The translations under genes and the position numbers were made by a program. From Armatimonadota bacterium (GTDB lineage: Bacteria; Armatimonadota; Fimbriimonadia; Fimbriimonadales; GBS-DC), in the NCBI GenBank assembly GCA_013359125.1, contig JABWCR010000001.1, forward strand, positions 174,183 through 238,182: DNA of 64,000 bases. The letters run 5' to 3'. Positions 18,837 to 27,970 of the stretch are shown here, piece after piece (the stretch's first letter is position 1; every line of letters starts with the position of its first letter). The notes below the pieces were generated by a model that worked only from the letters and a program-made list of their open reading frames with translations, was not told where the DNA came from and made no database searches.

Positions 18837-19661
18837 ATGAAACGAGCGCTGCGCTCGACCCTTATCTATCTAGCGATGGGGCTGTGCGCCGCGCTCTTTC
18901 TAGTTCCTCTGGCTTTTATGGTCTCCACATCGCTCAAGCCCGATGGGGAACTGTTCACCGAGACCTTCGCTTGGATCCCCGATCGCTTGGCATGGGAGAA
19001 CTACTCCAAGGCGATCGAGGTGTTTCCGTTCTGGCTCTATCTGAAGAACACGCTTATCATCTGCGTCTTCACGGTGTTTGGCACGGTCGTTTCGTCGCTC
19101 TGCGCCTCGTATGCCTTTGCCAAACTGCGCTGGCGCGGATCGGGATTCTGGTTCGCGGCGATGCTGGCGACGATGATGCTGCCTCCTCAGGTAACGTTGC
19201 TTCCCGTCTTCCTGATTTTCCGAAAGTTGGGCTGGATCGACACTTTTCTGCCTTTGATCGTGCCGACGTTCTTTGGCAGCGCGTTTTCGATTTTCCTTCT
19301 GAGGCAGTTTATGTTGACCTTGCCCAAGGAGCTGTCCGACGCCGCACGGCTGGACGGTTGTAGCGATTGGCAGATTCTTTGGCGGATCGTGGCGCCGCTC
19401 AGCCGCCCCGCGATCGTAACGGTCGGCCTCTTTGCGTTTGTATGGAGCTGGACCGATTTTATGGGGCCTCTCATCTACCTCAACGACGCTGAGAAGTTCA
19501 CATTGGCAGTCGGCTTGCAGTTCTTTTTGGGGCGGCACGGCGAGCAGTGGAACTTGCTGATGGCAGCGGCCGTGATGGCAACCCTGCCCGTTGCCGTGCT
19601 TTTCTTTTTTGCGCAAAAGAAGTTTGTGCAAGGCGTGGCGACGACCGGCCTGCGCGGATAG
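18837..19661 (+). CDS. Carbohydrate ABC transporter permease (MalG/UgpE-like), orphan
   Basis: 274-aa six-TM ORF with EAA loop (ELSDAARLDGCSDWQILWRIVAPLSRPA); starts 9 nt after rpsI. No partner permease, binding protein or ATPase adjacent. Confidence 0.85.
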   Translation: MKRALRSTLIYLAMGLCAALFLVPLAFMVSTSLKPDGELFTETFAWIPDRLAWENYSKAIEVFPFWLYLKNTLIICVFTVFGTVVSSLCASYAFAKLRWRGSGFWFAAMLATMMLPPQVTLLPVFLIFRKLGWIDTFLPLIVPTFFGSAFSIFLLRQFMLTLPKELSDAARLDGCSDWQILWRIVAPLSRPAIVTVGLFAFVWSWTDFMGPLIYLNDAEKFTLAVGLQFFLGRHGEQWNLLMAAAVMATLPVAVLFFFAQKKFVQGVATTGLRG

Positions 19662-20972
19662 TTAGATCAGGCCCTTTGCTTTGGCGGAAGCATAGGCGGC
19701 GACCAATTCCTGCGGCGCTCGCTCTGGCTCTGCGTCTACGACCCATGCGCCCAGTCGTCGCAGGGCCGCCGCGACCGTGTGTCTGTCCTCTACGATCTGT
19801 GCGGCGACGGCTCGTTCGTACAGTTTAGCTTCGCTATCGGGAGATTGTCGGGCAATTTCGTCTATGTGCGGATCGGCGATGGCGACGCACAGCACGAAGT
19901 GTCTTCGCTGAAGCGCGGCTACCGCCGCCAAAAGCCGCCTTGAGGATTCGACATCGGCATAATCCGTGAAGAGCGCGATCAGCGAGCGTTTTTTCCAACG
20001 CTGGCCCAAGTAGCCTGCCAGCATCGCATAATCGGCTTCGGCAGGGCGAGGCTGCAAGGCTCTGGCCGCCTCCGCTATAATGCCCATTGCTCGTCGGGAT
20101 CGACCCGGCATGACAAAGCGCTCGATTTCGGTCGAAAAGGCGACGAATCCGACCTGGTCGCCCGCTTCGATGGCAGCCGTGGAGAGCATGATGGCCGAAT
20201 CGAGCGCAGCATCAAACTTCCTCATGCCTTGCGATTCGCCCATCATGTTTCGTCCGCAGTCCATGGCCAATAGAACGTTCTGATTACGCTCGATTCGGTA
20301 TTGCCGGACGATCGGTTTGCCTCTGCGAGCGGTGGCGCGCCAGTCGATGTTGCGAAACGGGTCGTCCTGCTGATACTCGCGCAACGATTCGAACTCCGAG
20401 CCTTGCCCACGGCTGCGCAAAGGACGCGAGCCGGCCAGACGCTGCAGTCCGCGCCGAGAGAAGGGCGCCATCTGCCGCACCGCCCGCAGGCTGGGAAAGA
20501 CCCGCGCAGTCTGCCGGAGGGGAACTCGATAGGCGCCTGCGACCAATTTCCATGCGCCTTCAACTCGTAAGAAAACATCTTCGAACCCATGATCGCCTCT
20601 TGTCTGAGGCGTTACAGAATAGGCAATTTCGGCCCGACCGCGTTCTGGCAGTTCGATCCGGAACTCTCTCTGGCCGAAGCGAAAGTCCAAAGGCGGTTCG
20701 TCTCTGAGCCGAATCTTAAGTGGTCGATCGACGCTCGATGCGATGGTGAGCGAGACAGGATGTTCGTCGAGACAGCCCATAGGGTCGTCGATAATCCGTT
20801 CAATTCGGATCGAATCCGCGCCGGGCAGGCGCAACCAATCGACAAGAATGGCGCACAGAAAGAAAAAGTCGAGCAAACCGACCAGAGCCAGCAACGGTTT
20901 GAGCCAAAAGGCAAGCAGGATGAGCAGGACGCAAAAAGCCAGCAGCGCCCAGGCTCTAGGAAGAAAGATCAC
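19662..20972 (-). CDS. DUF58 (vWA-like) domain protein with N-terminal membrane segments
   Basis: 436-aa ORF with GTG start; two N-terminal TM helices; DUF58-like core (GSEFESLREYQQDDPFRNIDWRATARRGKPIVRQY) then vWA-like region. No MoxR ATPase nearby. Confidence 0.7.
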   Translation of the reverse strand: MIFLPRAWALLAFCVLLILLAFWLKPLLALVGLLDFFFLCAILVDWLRLPGADSIRIERIIDDPMGCLDEHPVSLTIASSVDRPLKIRLRDEPPLDFRFGQREFRIELPERGRAEIAYSVTPQTRGDHGFEDVFLRVEGAWKLVAGAYRVPLRQTARVFPSLRAVRQMAPFSRRGLQRLAGSRPLRSRGQGSEFESLREYQQDDPFRNIDWRATARRGKPIVRQYRIERNQNVLLAMDCGRNMMGESQGMRKFDAALDSAIMLSTAAIEAGDQVGFVAFSTEIERFVMPGRSRRAMGIIAEAARALQPRPAEADYAMLAGYLGQRWKKRSLIALFTDYADVESSRRLLAAVAALQRRHFVLCVAIADPHIDEIARQSPDSEAKLYERAVAAQIVEDRHTVAAALRRLGAWVVDAEPERAPQELVAAYASAKAKGLI

Positions 20973-20982
20973 CCGAGTGGAA

Positions 20983-21003
20983 GGGGAGGGTGGCTCCCTC
21001 CCC
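20983..21003 (-). terminator. Intercistronic GC hairpin between pseudopilin gene and DUF58 gene
   Basis: Minus-strand GGGGAGGG-AGCCA-CCCTCCCC (8-bp stem) lies 12 nt after the pseudopilin stop and 10 nt before the DUF58 GTG; could act as partial terminator or attenuator. Confidence 0.35.
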
Positions 21004-21015
21004 TATGCCGTTCGC

Positions 21016-21906
21016 CTACCAGCCTAAGCGAAGCTTCTTGAAGCAAGGGCCCCATTGGTCTTCGTCCATGATGCCCTCGATCTGCATGCGGCATTGCCAG
21101 ACCGTTTGTTCGCCGCAGAGCCTTCTGTAAGGACCTTGCTCCAAGCACCACGGCGTGCGGGGCGACGATTGGATCGGGTTGTGATTGGTGATCATGGCGT
21201 AGCAACCTTCGTACTGGGCGCCGTACGCCGTCGCCTTTTTACCTTTGATCGCCTTGGAGTGGCCGTCTGCCAAATTGGCGTTCAAAAACTCATTGTGTCT
21301 GGCTTGCAAAGGAATGCCATAAACGCCGCTCTGTCTATCCATGCCGATGCCGGTCGCTCGCACGGAGCCGCAGTTGCCGGCAACTACGGCCAAGTCGCCT
21401 TCCAGATTCAGGTAAGTCTCGGCCGGATAGGGGATAAGCGCAAGGCTGACCGCTGGATAGCCGTTGCTGATGGGGGCGGCGGCGCCAGGGGGAAAGATGT
21501 CGAAGTTGAACATGTAGCCAACGTTCTTGAACTGGCCGCACTCGCCCGCCTGCCAACTGATGGGCGGCACTCGGAACGTCGAATCGATGTTGATGCCCAG
21601 ACTGTTCGAAGGACACTCGTAGATCGCCGTGTTCTTAATGTAAGGCGTTACGGCCGATACCAAGGAAAAACCGCAGACCTGGCCGGCTGGATTGGTCATT
21701 CGGTAGACGGCCATAGGCAGATGTTCGTCCCAATCGGTGCTGTAGGACAGCGTGGCCGTGGCTATCTGTCGAAGGTTGCTCAAGCACTGGGTCATGCGGG
21801 CTTTTTCTCGAGCTTGAGCGAACACGGGGAACAGGATGGCGGCCAATATGGCTATGATCGCAATGACCACCAGCAATTCGATGAGTGTAAAAGCAGAGCG
21901 TTTCAT
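21016..21906 (-). CDS. Prepilin-type N-terminal cleavage/methylation domain protein with H-X9-DG C-terminal motif (DUF1559-like pseudopilin)
   Basis: 296-aa ORF; [38 protein letters not shown]-terminus; C-terminal [14 protein letters not shown] (H-X9-DG). Confidence 0.85.
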   Translation of the reverse strand: MKRSAFTLIELLVVIAIIAILAAILFPVFAQAREKARMTQCLSNLRQIATATLSYSTDWDEHLPMAVYRMTNPAGQVCGFSLVSAVTPYIKNTAIYECPSNSLGINIDSTFRVPPISWQAGECGQFKNVGYMFNFDIFPPGAAAPISNGYPAVSLALIPYPAETYLNLEGDLAVVAGNCGSVRATGIGMDRQSGVYGIPLQARHNEFLNANLADGHSKAIKGKKATAYGAQYEGCYAMITNHNPIQSSPRTPWCLEQGPYRRLCGEQTVWQCRMQIEGIMDEDQWGPCFKKLRLGW

Positions 21907-22002
21907 TTTTCTTTGCTCCCTCCCATTGGCGCAAGATCGGGCGCCAAACGTTTAGTGATTCGACCGCTCGACGCCCCTATCCTGCAGGACTTGCCGGCAA
22001 TT

Positions 22003-22806
22003 TTAGCAGCCCGACATGCCAAAGTTCGTTAGGACGATGGCCAGGTCGGTGTCGTCGACGAGACCGCTGCCGTCAACATCGGCGTTCGCGTCGTCAGTGC
22101 CAAAGGCCTCGAGCACGATGGCTAGGTCGGTGTCGTCGATCACGCAGTCTCCGTTGACATTGCCCATTGTCTTTGGCACGCTGCCGCCGTACGCGACGAG
22201 TTGCATATTGGTCAGTTCGACTTGCGATAGAAATCCCGTGTTGCGCTGACAAAGCAGATAGCCGACGCCGTACAGTTTGTTGTCCGCATCGCCTCCGACT
22301 TGAACTCCGGATAGTGATTGGCCGCCAGACAACCGCTCTAACGGATCAGCCGCGCATTCGCGGGACGACAACATCAGGTGATAACGGGTAGTCAGGCTGT
22401 CCACTTCAAACGGCACCGGGTTTCCCTCGACTACTACTGTAATACAGAACCCGGGAGCCGGATTGAAGTTCATGTTCCACTTGACTTCGTCATCGTCAAC
22501 AATCGTTGCCAAGAACGTAACTAAAGTTTCGGAGCCAGGACCCTGGATTGCGCTGATCAATTCGTTCAACGTTACGCGAAAGTCCAAGCCAGTGCCTGAG
22601 CCGAGCTCCTGGAATGTGACGGCGATAGGGTTGCTGCTGGTCGTACCGCTACCATTGTAGGCACCGGTAAACAGGTAGTTGCAGTTGGTCAGGCGGAACG
22701 ACATTCTTCCTCCCGCTCGAAGACAATCGACCAGATCGGCCGACGCGATTGACAAAAGAAACGAGCTCGCGATGAGCAACGACGAAAGCTTCTTGATGCA
22801 AGACAT
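22003..22806 (-). CDS. Secreted protein of unknown function with C-terminal double dockerin-like repeat
   Basis: Start moved to ATG 22806 (GGAGGGAAC SD upstream; MSCIKKLSSLLIASSFLLSIASA signal peptide); C-terminus GNVNGDCVIDDTDLAIVLEAFG...DVDGSGLVDDTDLAIVLTNFGMSGC. Confidence 0.6.
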   Translation of the reverse strand: MSCIKKLSSLLIASSFLLSIASADLVDCLRAGGRMSFRLTNCNYLFTGAYNGSGTTSSNPIAVTFQELGSGTGLDFRVTLNELISAIQGPGSETLVTFLATIVDDDEVKWNMNFNPAPGFCITVVVEGNPVPFEVDSLTTRYHLMLSSRECAADPLERLSGGQSLSGVQVGGDADNKLYGVGYLLCQRNTGFLSQVELTNMQLVAYGGSVPKTMGNVNGDCVIDDTDLAIVLEAFGTDDANADVDGSGLVDDTDLAIVLTNFGMSGC

Positions 22807-22844
22807 CTTCTTTGTTCCCTCCTTCGGGCAAATGGCGCTGACAG

Positions 22845-22854
22845 ATTGTAACCC
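22845..22854 (-). promoter_or_regulatory. GGGTTACAAT -10-like box for the 22806 gene
   Basis: Minus strand GGGTTACAAT 38 nt upstream of ATG 22806 (leader contains the SD). Confidence 0.3.
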
Positions 22855-22900
22855 GGCTTTATGGTAATTGCACCGGGTTTTGCAGAAAACATTCGACGCC

Positions 22901-22908
22901 GGTATACT
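22901..22908 (+). promoter_or_regulatory. GGTATACT -10-like box for the GNAT gene
   Basis: GGTATACT followed by 10 nt then ATG 22919, no SD. Confidence 0.3.
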
Positions 22909-22918
22909 CAATTCCTCT

Positions 22919-23383
22919 ATGGACTTTAAGATTAGGCGCGCAATTCTCTCAGATGTGCCCGCTATCCAGCAACTGGTGAACGCTTACGCCGACCAAGGCA
23001 AGATGCTCCACCGATCGCTGGACGAGCTTTGTTCGAACATTCGCGACTATACCGTGGCCGATCGGGACGGAGTTTTGCTGGGTTGCGCGGCGACCGAGAT
23101 CTTTGGCGAAAACTTGGCCGAGGTCAAATCGATCGCTGTGTCGCCCACAGCGCAAAGGATGGGCGTTGGAAGGGCGCTGGTAGAGAAGTGCGCAGAAGAT
23201 GCCAGGGCGCTGGGCATCGGCAGGCTCTTTTGTCTGACTTTTCAGCCAGAGTTCTTTGAAGCGGCTGGGTTCAAGAGGGTCGAAAGGGAAGCGCTGCCCA
23301 AGCGGATTTGGGCAGAGTGCGTCTGCTGTCCGGGCTATCCGGATTGCGGCGAACTGGCCATGGTGATGGAGTTGGGCGAATGA
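22919..23383 (+). CDS. GNAT-family N-acetyltransferase (short N-acetylglutamate-synthase-like)
   Basis: Start at ATG 22919 (154 aa). Acetyl-CoA motif QRMGVGRALVEKC; C-terminal CxxC-containing tail (WAECVCCPGYPDCG) as in short ArgA-like acetyltransferases, from memory. Confidence 0.7.
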   Translation: MDFKIRRAILSDVPAIQQLVNAYADQGKMLHRSLDELCSNIRDYTVADRDGVLLGCAATEIFGENLAEVKSIAVSPTAQRMGVGRALVEKCAEDARALGIGRLFCLTFQPEFFEAAGFKRVEREALPKRIWAECVCCPGYPDCGELAMVMELGE

Positions 23384-24537
23384 AGATAGATTGGGACGCA
23401 TACAAAGCACGGTTTATAGCGCCGAGGGACACGATCTATTTGTTGGGCAATTCGCTGGGGCTTTACTCGCCCGAGGCCGAGGCTGGCCTTCTCAAAGCGA
23501 TCTCGCACTGGCGCGAACATGGGATCAACGGATTTATGGCCGAGGGCGCAGAGTGGTTCGCATGGGCCGAACGGATCGGAGAGTTGTTGGCGCCTTTGGT
23601 CGGCGCTAGCGCTCAAGAGTGCGTTCCGGCCAATTCCACAACGGTCAACCTTCATCAACTCTTGGCAACTTTGTACGAACCGATTGGGGATAAGAAGAGG
23701 ATATTGATCGACCGGTCGGCCTTTCCATCGGACTCTTATGCGGTTCAGAGTTTTCTCGCAGTCCGCGGCTGTCCCGAGGCGCTGAAAGTAGTCGAGCCGG
23801 CGGGGCGATTGTTGGACGCCGATCAGATCGTCGAGGCATTGACGGAGGAGGTCGCGCTTGTGCTGCTGCCTGCCGTTGTCTACACAACAGGCCAGCTATT
23901 GCCGGTTGAGCGCATTGCGAGGGCCTGCCAAGATCGAGGGGCAACGTTTTTGTTGGACTGCTCGCATTCGATCGGCGCGGTTCCTCATCGCCTGCACGAT
24001 TGGGGCGTGGACGGCGCGTTTTGGTGTTCCTATAAGTATCTAAATGCTGGACCGGGGTCGCCCGGCGGCCTCTTCTTGCACAGCAAACACTTTGGGCGCC
24101 GTCCGGGTTTGGCGGGCTGGTTCGGGTCGGACAAATCTCGCCAGATGGAGATGACCTTTGAGATGATCCCTGCCATGGGCGCAGGCGCGATGCAGATCGG
24201 TTCGCCGCCCGTCCTGGCATTTGGAGCGCTGGAGGCCTCTCTCAAGATGATCGACGAGGTTGGCATAGAGAACATCCGCGCGCGCTCGTTAGAGTTGACC
24301 GAGCGAATGATCGCGCTTTGCCCGTTGCCCATCGCAACGCCAAGGCTGGCCGATCAGCGCGGCGGGCATGTTTCTATCGTTCACCCGCAGGCGGCAGGAA
24401 TCCAGGAAGAGTTGCAAAAAAGAGGGGTAATGACCGACTTTCGCAACCCCGATATTGTGCGGATGGCGCCAAATCCGATGTACAATAGTATGGACGAGGT
24501 TGAGAGGGCCATGACAATCTTGGCCGGGATTGTATGA
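23380..24537 (+). CDS. kynU: Kynureninase (PLP-dependent, aminotransferase class V fold)
   Basis: Start at ATG 23380 (ATGA overlap with GNAT stop). [17 protein letters not shown] and the PLP-lysine motif [12 protein letters not shown] parallel bacterial kynureninase along the full length. Confidence 0.8.
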   Translation: MKIDWDAYKARFIAPRDTIYLLGNSLGLYSPEAEAGLLKAISHWREHGINGFMAEGAEWFAWAERIGELLAPLVGASAQECVPANSTTVNLHQLLATLYEPIGDKKRILIDRSAFPSDSYAVQSFLAVRGCPEALKVVEPAGRLLDADQIVEALTEEVALVLLPAVVYTTGQLLPVERIARACQDRGATFLLDCSHSIGAVPHRLHDWGVDGAFWCSYKYLNAGPGSPGGLFLHSKHFGRRPGLAGWFGSDKSRQMEMTFEMIPAMGAGAMQIGSPPVLAFGALEASLKMIDEVGIENIRARSLELTERMIALCPLPIATPRLADQRGGHVSIVHPQAAGIQEELQKRGVMTDFRNPDIVRMAPNPMYNSMDEVERAMTILAGIV

Positions 24538-25310
24538 AAAGAGCGGGATTTACCTTGATCGAGCTTTTGGTCGTGATCGCTATCATCGCGATTTTGGCCG
24601 CCATTCTGTTTCCGGTGTTCGCCGCCGCGCGAGAGAAGGCTCGACAGACGCAGTGCCAAAGCAACATTCGCCAATTGGCCATCGCGAACTTAATGTACGG
24701 CAGCGATTGGGATGGCTACTTCGCGCCTGCCGCACAAGACCATTTTGAGCAAGATCGTCGTCGCTGGTTCGGCGCCCGCCAGGCCAATGGGCGCTTCTCG
24801 CCGACCGACGGCCCTCTATCGTCTTACTTAAAGGACGGCGGGCGCGTTCGAGATTGCCCGTCTTTCCAGCCAAAGGCCAGCTTTGACGCCGGGACGGGCG
24901 GATACGGCTACAACGCGATCGGAATCGGGTCGCGAGTGTGGAAGGTGGGTTACGTCGCGGAGGCGTTTCACGGCTCTTTGGCAGACGCGGAACTGCCCGA
25001 GCCGTCTGACGTTGCGATGTTCAGCGACACTGCTTTGGACGTTGGGACCGGCTTGGCGGAGTATGGCTTCTTAGTCGCTCCCGAGGCTGTGATGCGTCGT
25101 ATCCCGGGCGCAATGCCGAATCTCGATCCGTCTGTGCACTTTCGGCATCAAGGCAACGCGCTGGTAGCTTTTGCCGACAGCCATGTGGAACCGATGAAGA
25201 TGGCCGGGTCGGTGCAGAGCAGCGGCGTCTATCCGGGCGCCAATCCGCGGCAGAATCAGATCGGCTGGTTCGGCCCCGTCGAAGGCAAAACGCCCTACAG
25301 CCCGGGTTAG
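24534..25310 (+). CDS. Prepilin-type N-terminal cleavage/methylation domain protein with H-X9-D(S) motif (DUF1559-like pseudopilin)
   Basis: 258-aa ORF; [37 protein letters not shown]; C-terminal [15 protein letters not shown]; ATGA overlap with kynU stop. Confidence 0.85.
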   Translation: MKRAGFTLIELLVVIAIIAILAAILFPVFAAAREKARQTQCQSNIRQLAIANLMYGSDWDGYFAPAAQDHFEQDRRRWFGARQANGRFSPTDGPLSSYLKDGGRVRDCPSFQPKASFDAGTGGYGYNAIGIGSRVWKVGYVAEAFHGSLADAELPEPSDVAMFSDTALDVGTGLAEYGFLVAPEAVMRRIPGAMPNLDPSVHFRHQGNALVAFADSHVEPMKMAGSVQSSGVYPGANPRQNQIGWFGPVEGKTPYSPG

Positions 25311-26248
25311 TCGCGCTTAAACAACTCGATCGCCGTCTTTTCGATGGCGGGCGCGGTCATTCCGTACTTTTCCAGCACGGCTCTCGGCGCGCCCGATTCG
25401 GCATATTGACGCAGACCATGAAAGGCGATCTTACAAGGCTTTCGCTCGGCGGCCGACATGGCGACTTGAGCGCCCAGACCCGTCCAAACCAAGTGCTCTT
25501 CGACCACCAGAATGCGACCCGTCTCGCGGGCGGCCTGCTCCACAGCATCGTGATCTAACGGCCTTACCGTGTGCATGTCGAGCACTCGCGCTTCGATTCC
25601 CTTCTGGCTCAAACTTTCTGCGGCGATGAGGGATTCGCTCACTTGAAGACCGTTGGTTATTATCGTCAGGTCGCGTCCATCTCTGAGTTGAATCGAGCGA
25701 CCGACATGAAAGTCGCAGCCCTCTTTGTAGACAATGGGCGCTTTGGGGCGTCCGACTCGAATGTAAAAGGGGCCCTCTGTTTCTGCCGCCGCCCGGACGG
25801 CCTTTCTTGCAGAGGGCTCGTCGCACGGCAAGATGACGGTGAAGCTGGGCAGCGAGAGAGCAAGGCCTAAGTCTTCGTGCCCCATCTGCGAAACGCCATC
25901 CTCGCCGATGGAGATGCCTCCGTGCGATCCGACAATCTTCACGTTGGCGCCCGAATAGTCGACTGCCAGGCGAAGTTGATCGAACCCCTTGCACATGACA
26001 AAACAGGCGAAGCTGGATGCAAAAACAACGTTGCCCGCGGCAGCGATTCCGGCGGCCATTCCGACCATGTTCGCCTCGGAGATGCCGACGTTGAAGAATC
26101 GATCGGGGAACGCCTTGCCAAAGTGGTGCGTCATGGTGGACTTGCTGAGGTCGGCGTCCAGCACGTAAAGATTGGGCATCTCGCTTCCCAATTCGACCAA
26201 CGTTTGGCCGTACGCTTCGCGGGTGGCCGGCCCCAATTCAAACTCCAT
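25307..26248 (-). CDS. Transketolase family protein, C-terminal (pyrimidine-binding plus C-terminal domain) subunit
   Basis: 313-aa ORF; [19 protein letters not shown] and [19 protein letters not shown] motifs typical of the split-transketolase B subunit; GGGAGGAG SD upstream. Confidence 0.85.
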   Translation of the reverse strand: MEFELGPATREAYGQTLVELGSEMPNLYVLDADLSKSTMTHHFGKAFPDRFFNVGISEANMVGMAAGIAAAGNVVFASSFACFVMCKGFDQLRLAVDYSGANVKIVGSHGGISIGEDGVSQMGHEDLGLALSLPSFTVILPCDEPSARKAVRAAAETEGPFYIRVGRPKAPIVYKEGCDFHVGRSIQLRDGRDLTIITNGLQVSESLIAAESLSQKGIEARVLDMHTVRPLDHDAVEQAARETGRILVVEEHLVWTGLGAQVAMSAAERKPCKIAFHGLRQYAESGAPRAVLEKYGMTAPAIEKTAIELFKRD

Positions 26249-26271
26249 TCGCTCCTCCCGGGTGAGCGTCG

Positions 26272-26280
26272 ATTCTACCC
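26272..26280 (-). promoter_or_regulatory. GGGTAGAAT box for the transketolase-subunit gene
   Basis: Minus-strand GGGTAGAAT 23 nt upstream of ATG 26248; the short leader holds the SD. Confidence 0.45.
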
Positions 26281-26298
26281 ATCTGGTACCCTTGAATC

Positions 26299-26706
26299 GT
26301 GAAGCGGGTTCTATTGGACGGTCGGTTATGGTCGTTGGCGATTAGCGGCGCCATCGTCGCAATAGGGCTGGCTCTGACGCCGTCGCAATCAGGATTCGGC
26401 ACGCATCGCGAGTTAGGATTTGCTCCTTGTTCCGTACTGTCCGCGACGGGCCGTCCCTGTCCGACTTGCGGTATGACGACCAGCGTATCGGCGACGTTGC
26501 GAGGCGATTTTGCTTTGGCCTTTCGGGCTCATCCTTTGGGGATCGCGCTGGCGCTCGGATCGATCGCCGCATTCTTGATGAGCGCATGGGCGCTGGCGCT
26601 TTCGCGCCCTATGCCTTTGGCGCCCAGAACGCGCTTAGCGATACTGTTCTTGTTTGCACTGAGCGCTCTGATTTACGGCGGGATCCGGTTCTTTGCGAAC
26701 GATTAG
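26299..26706 (+). CDS. DUF2752-like small membrane protein
   Basis: 135-aa ORF with GTG start; CPTCGMTTS motif between TM helices as in DUF2752. TACCCT -10-like hexamer (26287..26292) 6 nt upstream of the GTG. Confidence 0.55.
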   Translation: MKRVLLDGRLWSLAISGAIVAIGLALTPSQSGFGTHRELGFAPCSVLSATGRPCPTCGMTTSVSATLRGDFALAFRAHPLGIALALGSIAAFLMSAWALALSRPMPLAPRTRLAILFLFALSALIYGGIRFFAND

Positions 26707-27185
26707 ACGCAAACGCGCTCGACCGTCGCGCTATACTGTTCGATAAAGTCGTCAAGATCCATTTCGGGAATAGAACCTTCTTCGATCAGTTCTTCGAGGC
26801 AGTATTCGAGAATGTCGGCTTCCTCATCCATAGAATCGACTTGGCCGATCCAAAGAAGCGGCTTGTCCGCTTTTGGCGGCAAAAAGGCGACGCTTGCCAC
26901 GCAAACTTCGAGATCATTCATGGTTGGTTGCTGTCCTGCGCTTATCGACTTAGGAATCCATGCGCCCGGGAAGATGCTATAGCCTGCGTGCGAAACATCC
27001 CGAACGACCGACTCGAACTCCCGCTCATCAACCACGAGGGTCATCAGCACGTACCCGAGTTGCGGCATGCCTACAGTCAGAATCCATTGGTCGCCATGGG
27101 ACTGCTCGTAAACGGGCGGTTTTTCCGATCCAAAATGGCGTTTCAGGGCCGACAAGAACTCCTCTGGCGGTACGATCAGTTCCAT
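26703..27185 (-). CDS. Hypothetical acidic cytoplasmic protein
   Basis: 160-aa ORF with strong GGAGGG SD; protein-like composition, acidic C-terminus. No family recognised. The 276-aa plus-strand ORF 26427..27257 overlapping it is Arg-rich and looks like a shadow ORF. Confidence 0.5.
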   Translation of the reverse strand: MELIVPPEEFLSALKRHFGSEKPPVYEQSHGDQWILTVGMPQLGYVLMTLVVDEREFESVVRDVSHAGYSIFPGAWIPKSISAGQQPTMNDLEVCVASVAFLPPKADKPLLWIGQVDSMDEEADILEYCLEELIEEGSIPEMDLDDFIEQYSATVERVCV

Positions 27186-27237
27186 AATATTCCCTCCGCC
27201 TGTGGTTTTCGCCGGTGTTTAGGTCTATCCTGTCGGC

Positions 27238-27246
27238 GGGTAAACT
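27238..27246 (+). promoter_or_regulatory. GGGTAAACT box for the HAD hydrolase gene
   Basis: GGGTAAACT followed by 7 nt then GTG 27254. Confidence 0.4.
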
Positions 27247-27253
27247 CCCGTCA

Positions 27254-27970
27254 GTGATTCCTGACAATGTTACCGCTGTTCTCTTCGATTTGGACGACAC
27301 GCTGTGCGTCTACGTGGCGGCTGCGATCAGAGCCAGAAGAGAGGCCTTGGCCGATCTGGCTGTGCCCAAGTTTCACCTGCCCCTGGAAACCATCGACAAA
27401 GCCTACATGAATCGTTTCAAAGAGGTTCGCAAACTCAAGGACGTTGAGCCGTGGCTGAGCAAATACCTCAAAAGCGGCGAGCCGACGCGAACGGAGACTT
27501 TTCGCCTTGCCTTCTCTGACTTGGGATTGGAAGATGCGGCCTTTGCGCGACAGGTCGGCGATCGTTATCTCGAACTGAGAGAGCGCTACATCGAACTCTA
27601 TCCCGACGCTTTGCCAGTCTTGCAGGCTTTGACGCCTCAGTACAGACTGGGCATCATTACCAACGGGCCGGCCGATACGCAGCGCGAGGAGATTCGGAGA
27701 CTGAGTATAGAAGGCTGGTTCCAGACCATCTTGATCGAAGGCGAGTACGGCGTTGGAAAACCGGATGCCTCCATCTTTCTTGAAGCATGCCGGCAGATGG
27801 AAGCACGACCTCGCGATGCGCTATTCGTAGGCAATTCTTGGGAGCACGACGCGATGGGCGCTGTTGGCGCGGGGCTTTGCGCGGTTTGGCTGAATCGCAC
27901 AGGAGAAGAGCGGGAAAGGGACGACCGCGTTGTAGAAATCCGATCGTTGCTAGAACTGATACCCGGGTAG
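27254..27970 (+). CDS. HAD-superfamily hydrolase
   Basis: Motif I VLFDLDDTL close to the N-terminus when started at GTG 27254 (in frame with ORF-track start 27215); later ITNGP and GVGKPD, FVGNSWEHD motifs. Confidence 0.75.
   Translation: MIPDNVTAVLFDLDDTLCVYVAAAIRARREALADLAVPKFHLPLETIDKAYMNRFKEVRKLKDVEPWLSKYLKSGEPTRTETFRLAFSDLGLEDAAFARQVGDRYLELRERYIELYPDALPVLQALTPQYRLGIITNGPADTQREEIRRLSIEGWFQTILIEGEYGVGKPDASIFLEACRQMEARPRDALFVGNSWEHDAMGAVGAGLCAVWLNRTGEERERDDRVVEIRSLLELIPG

Noticed and set aside
26427-27257. 276-aa plus-strand ORF spanning the DUF2752 3' end and the antisense of the 160-aa gene
   Set aside because: It has an Arg-rich, non-protein-like composition and no SD. The minus-strand 160-aa ORF has a strong GGAGGG SD and normal composition.
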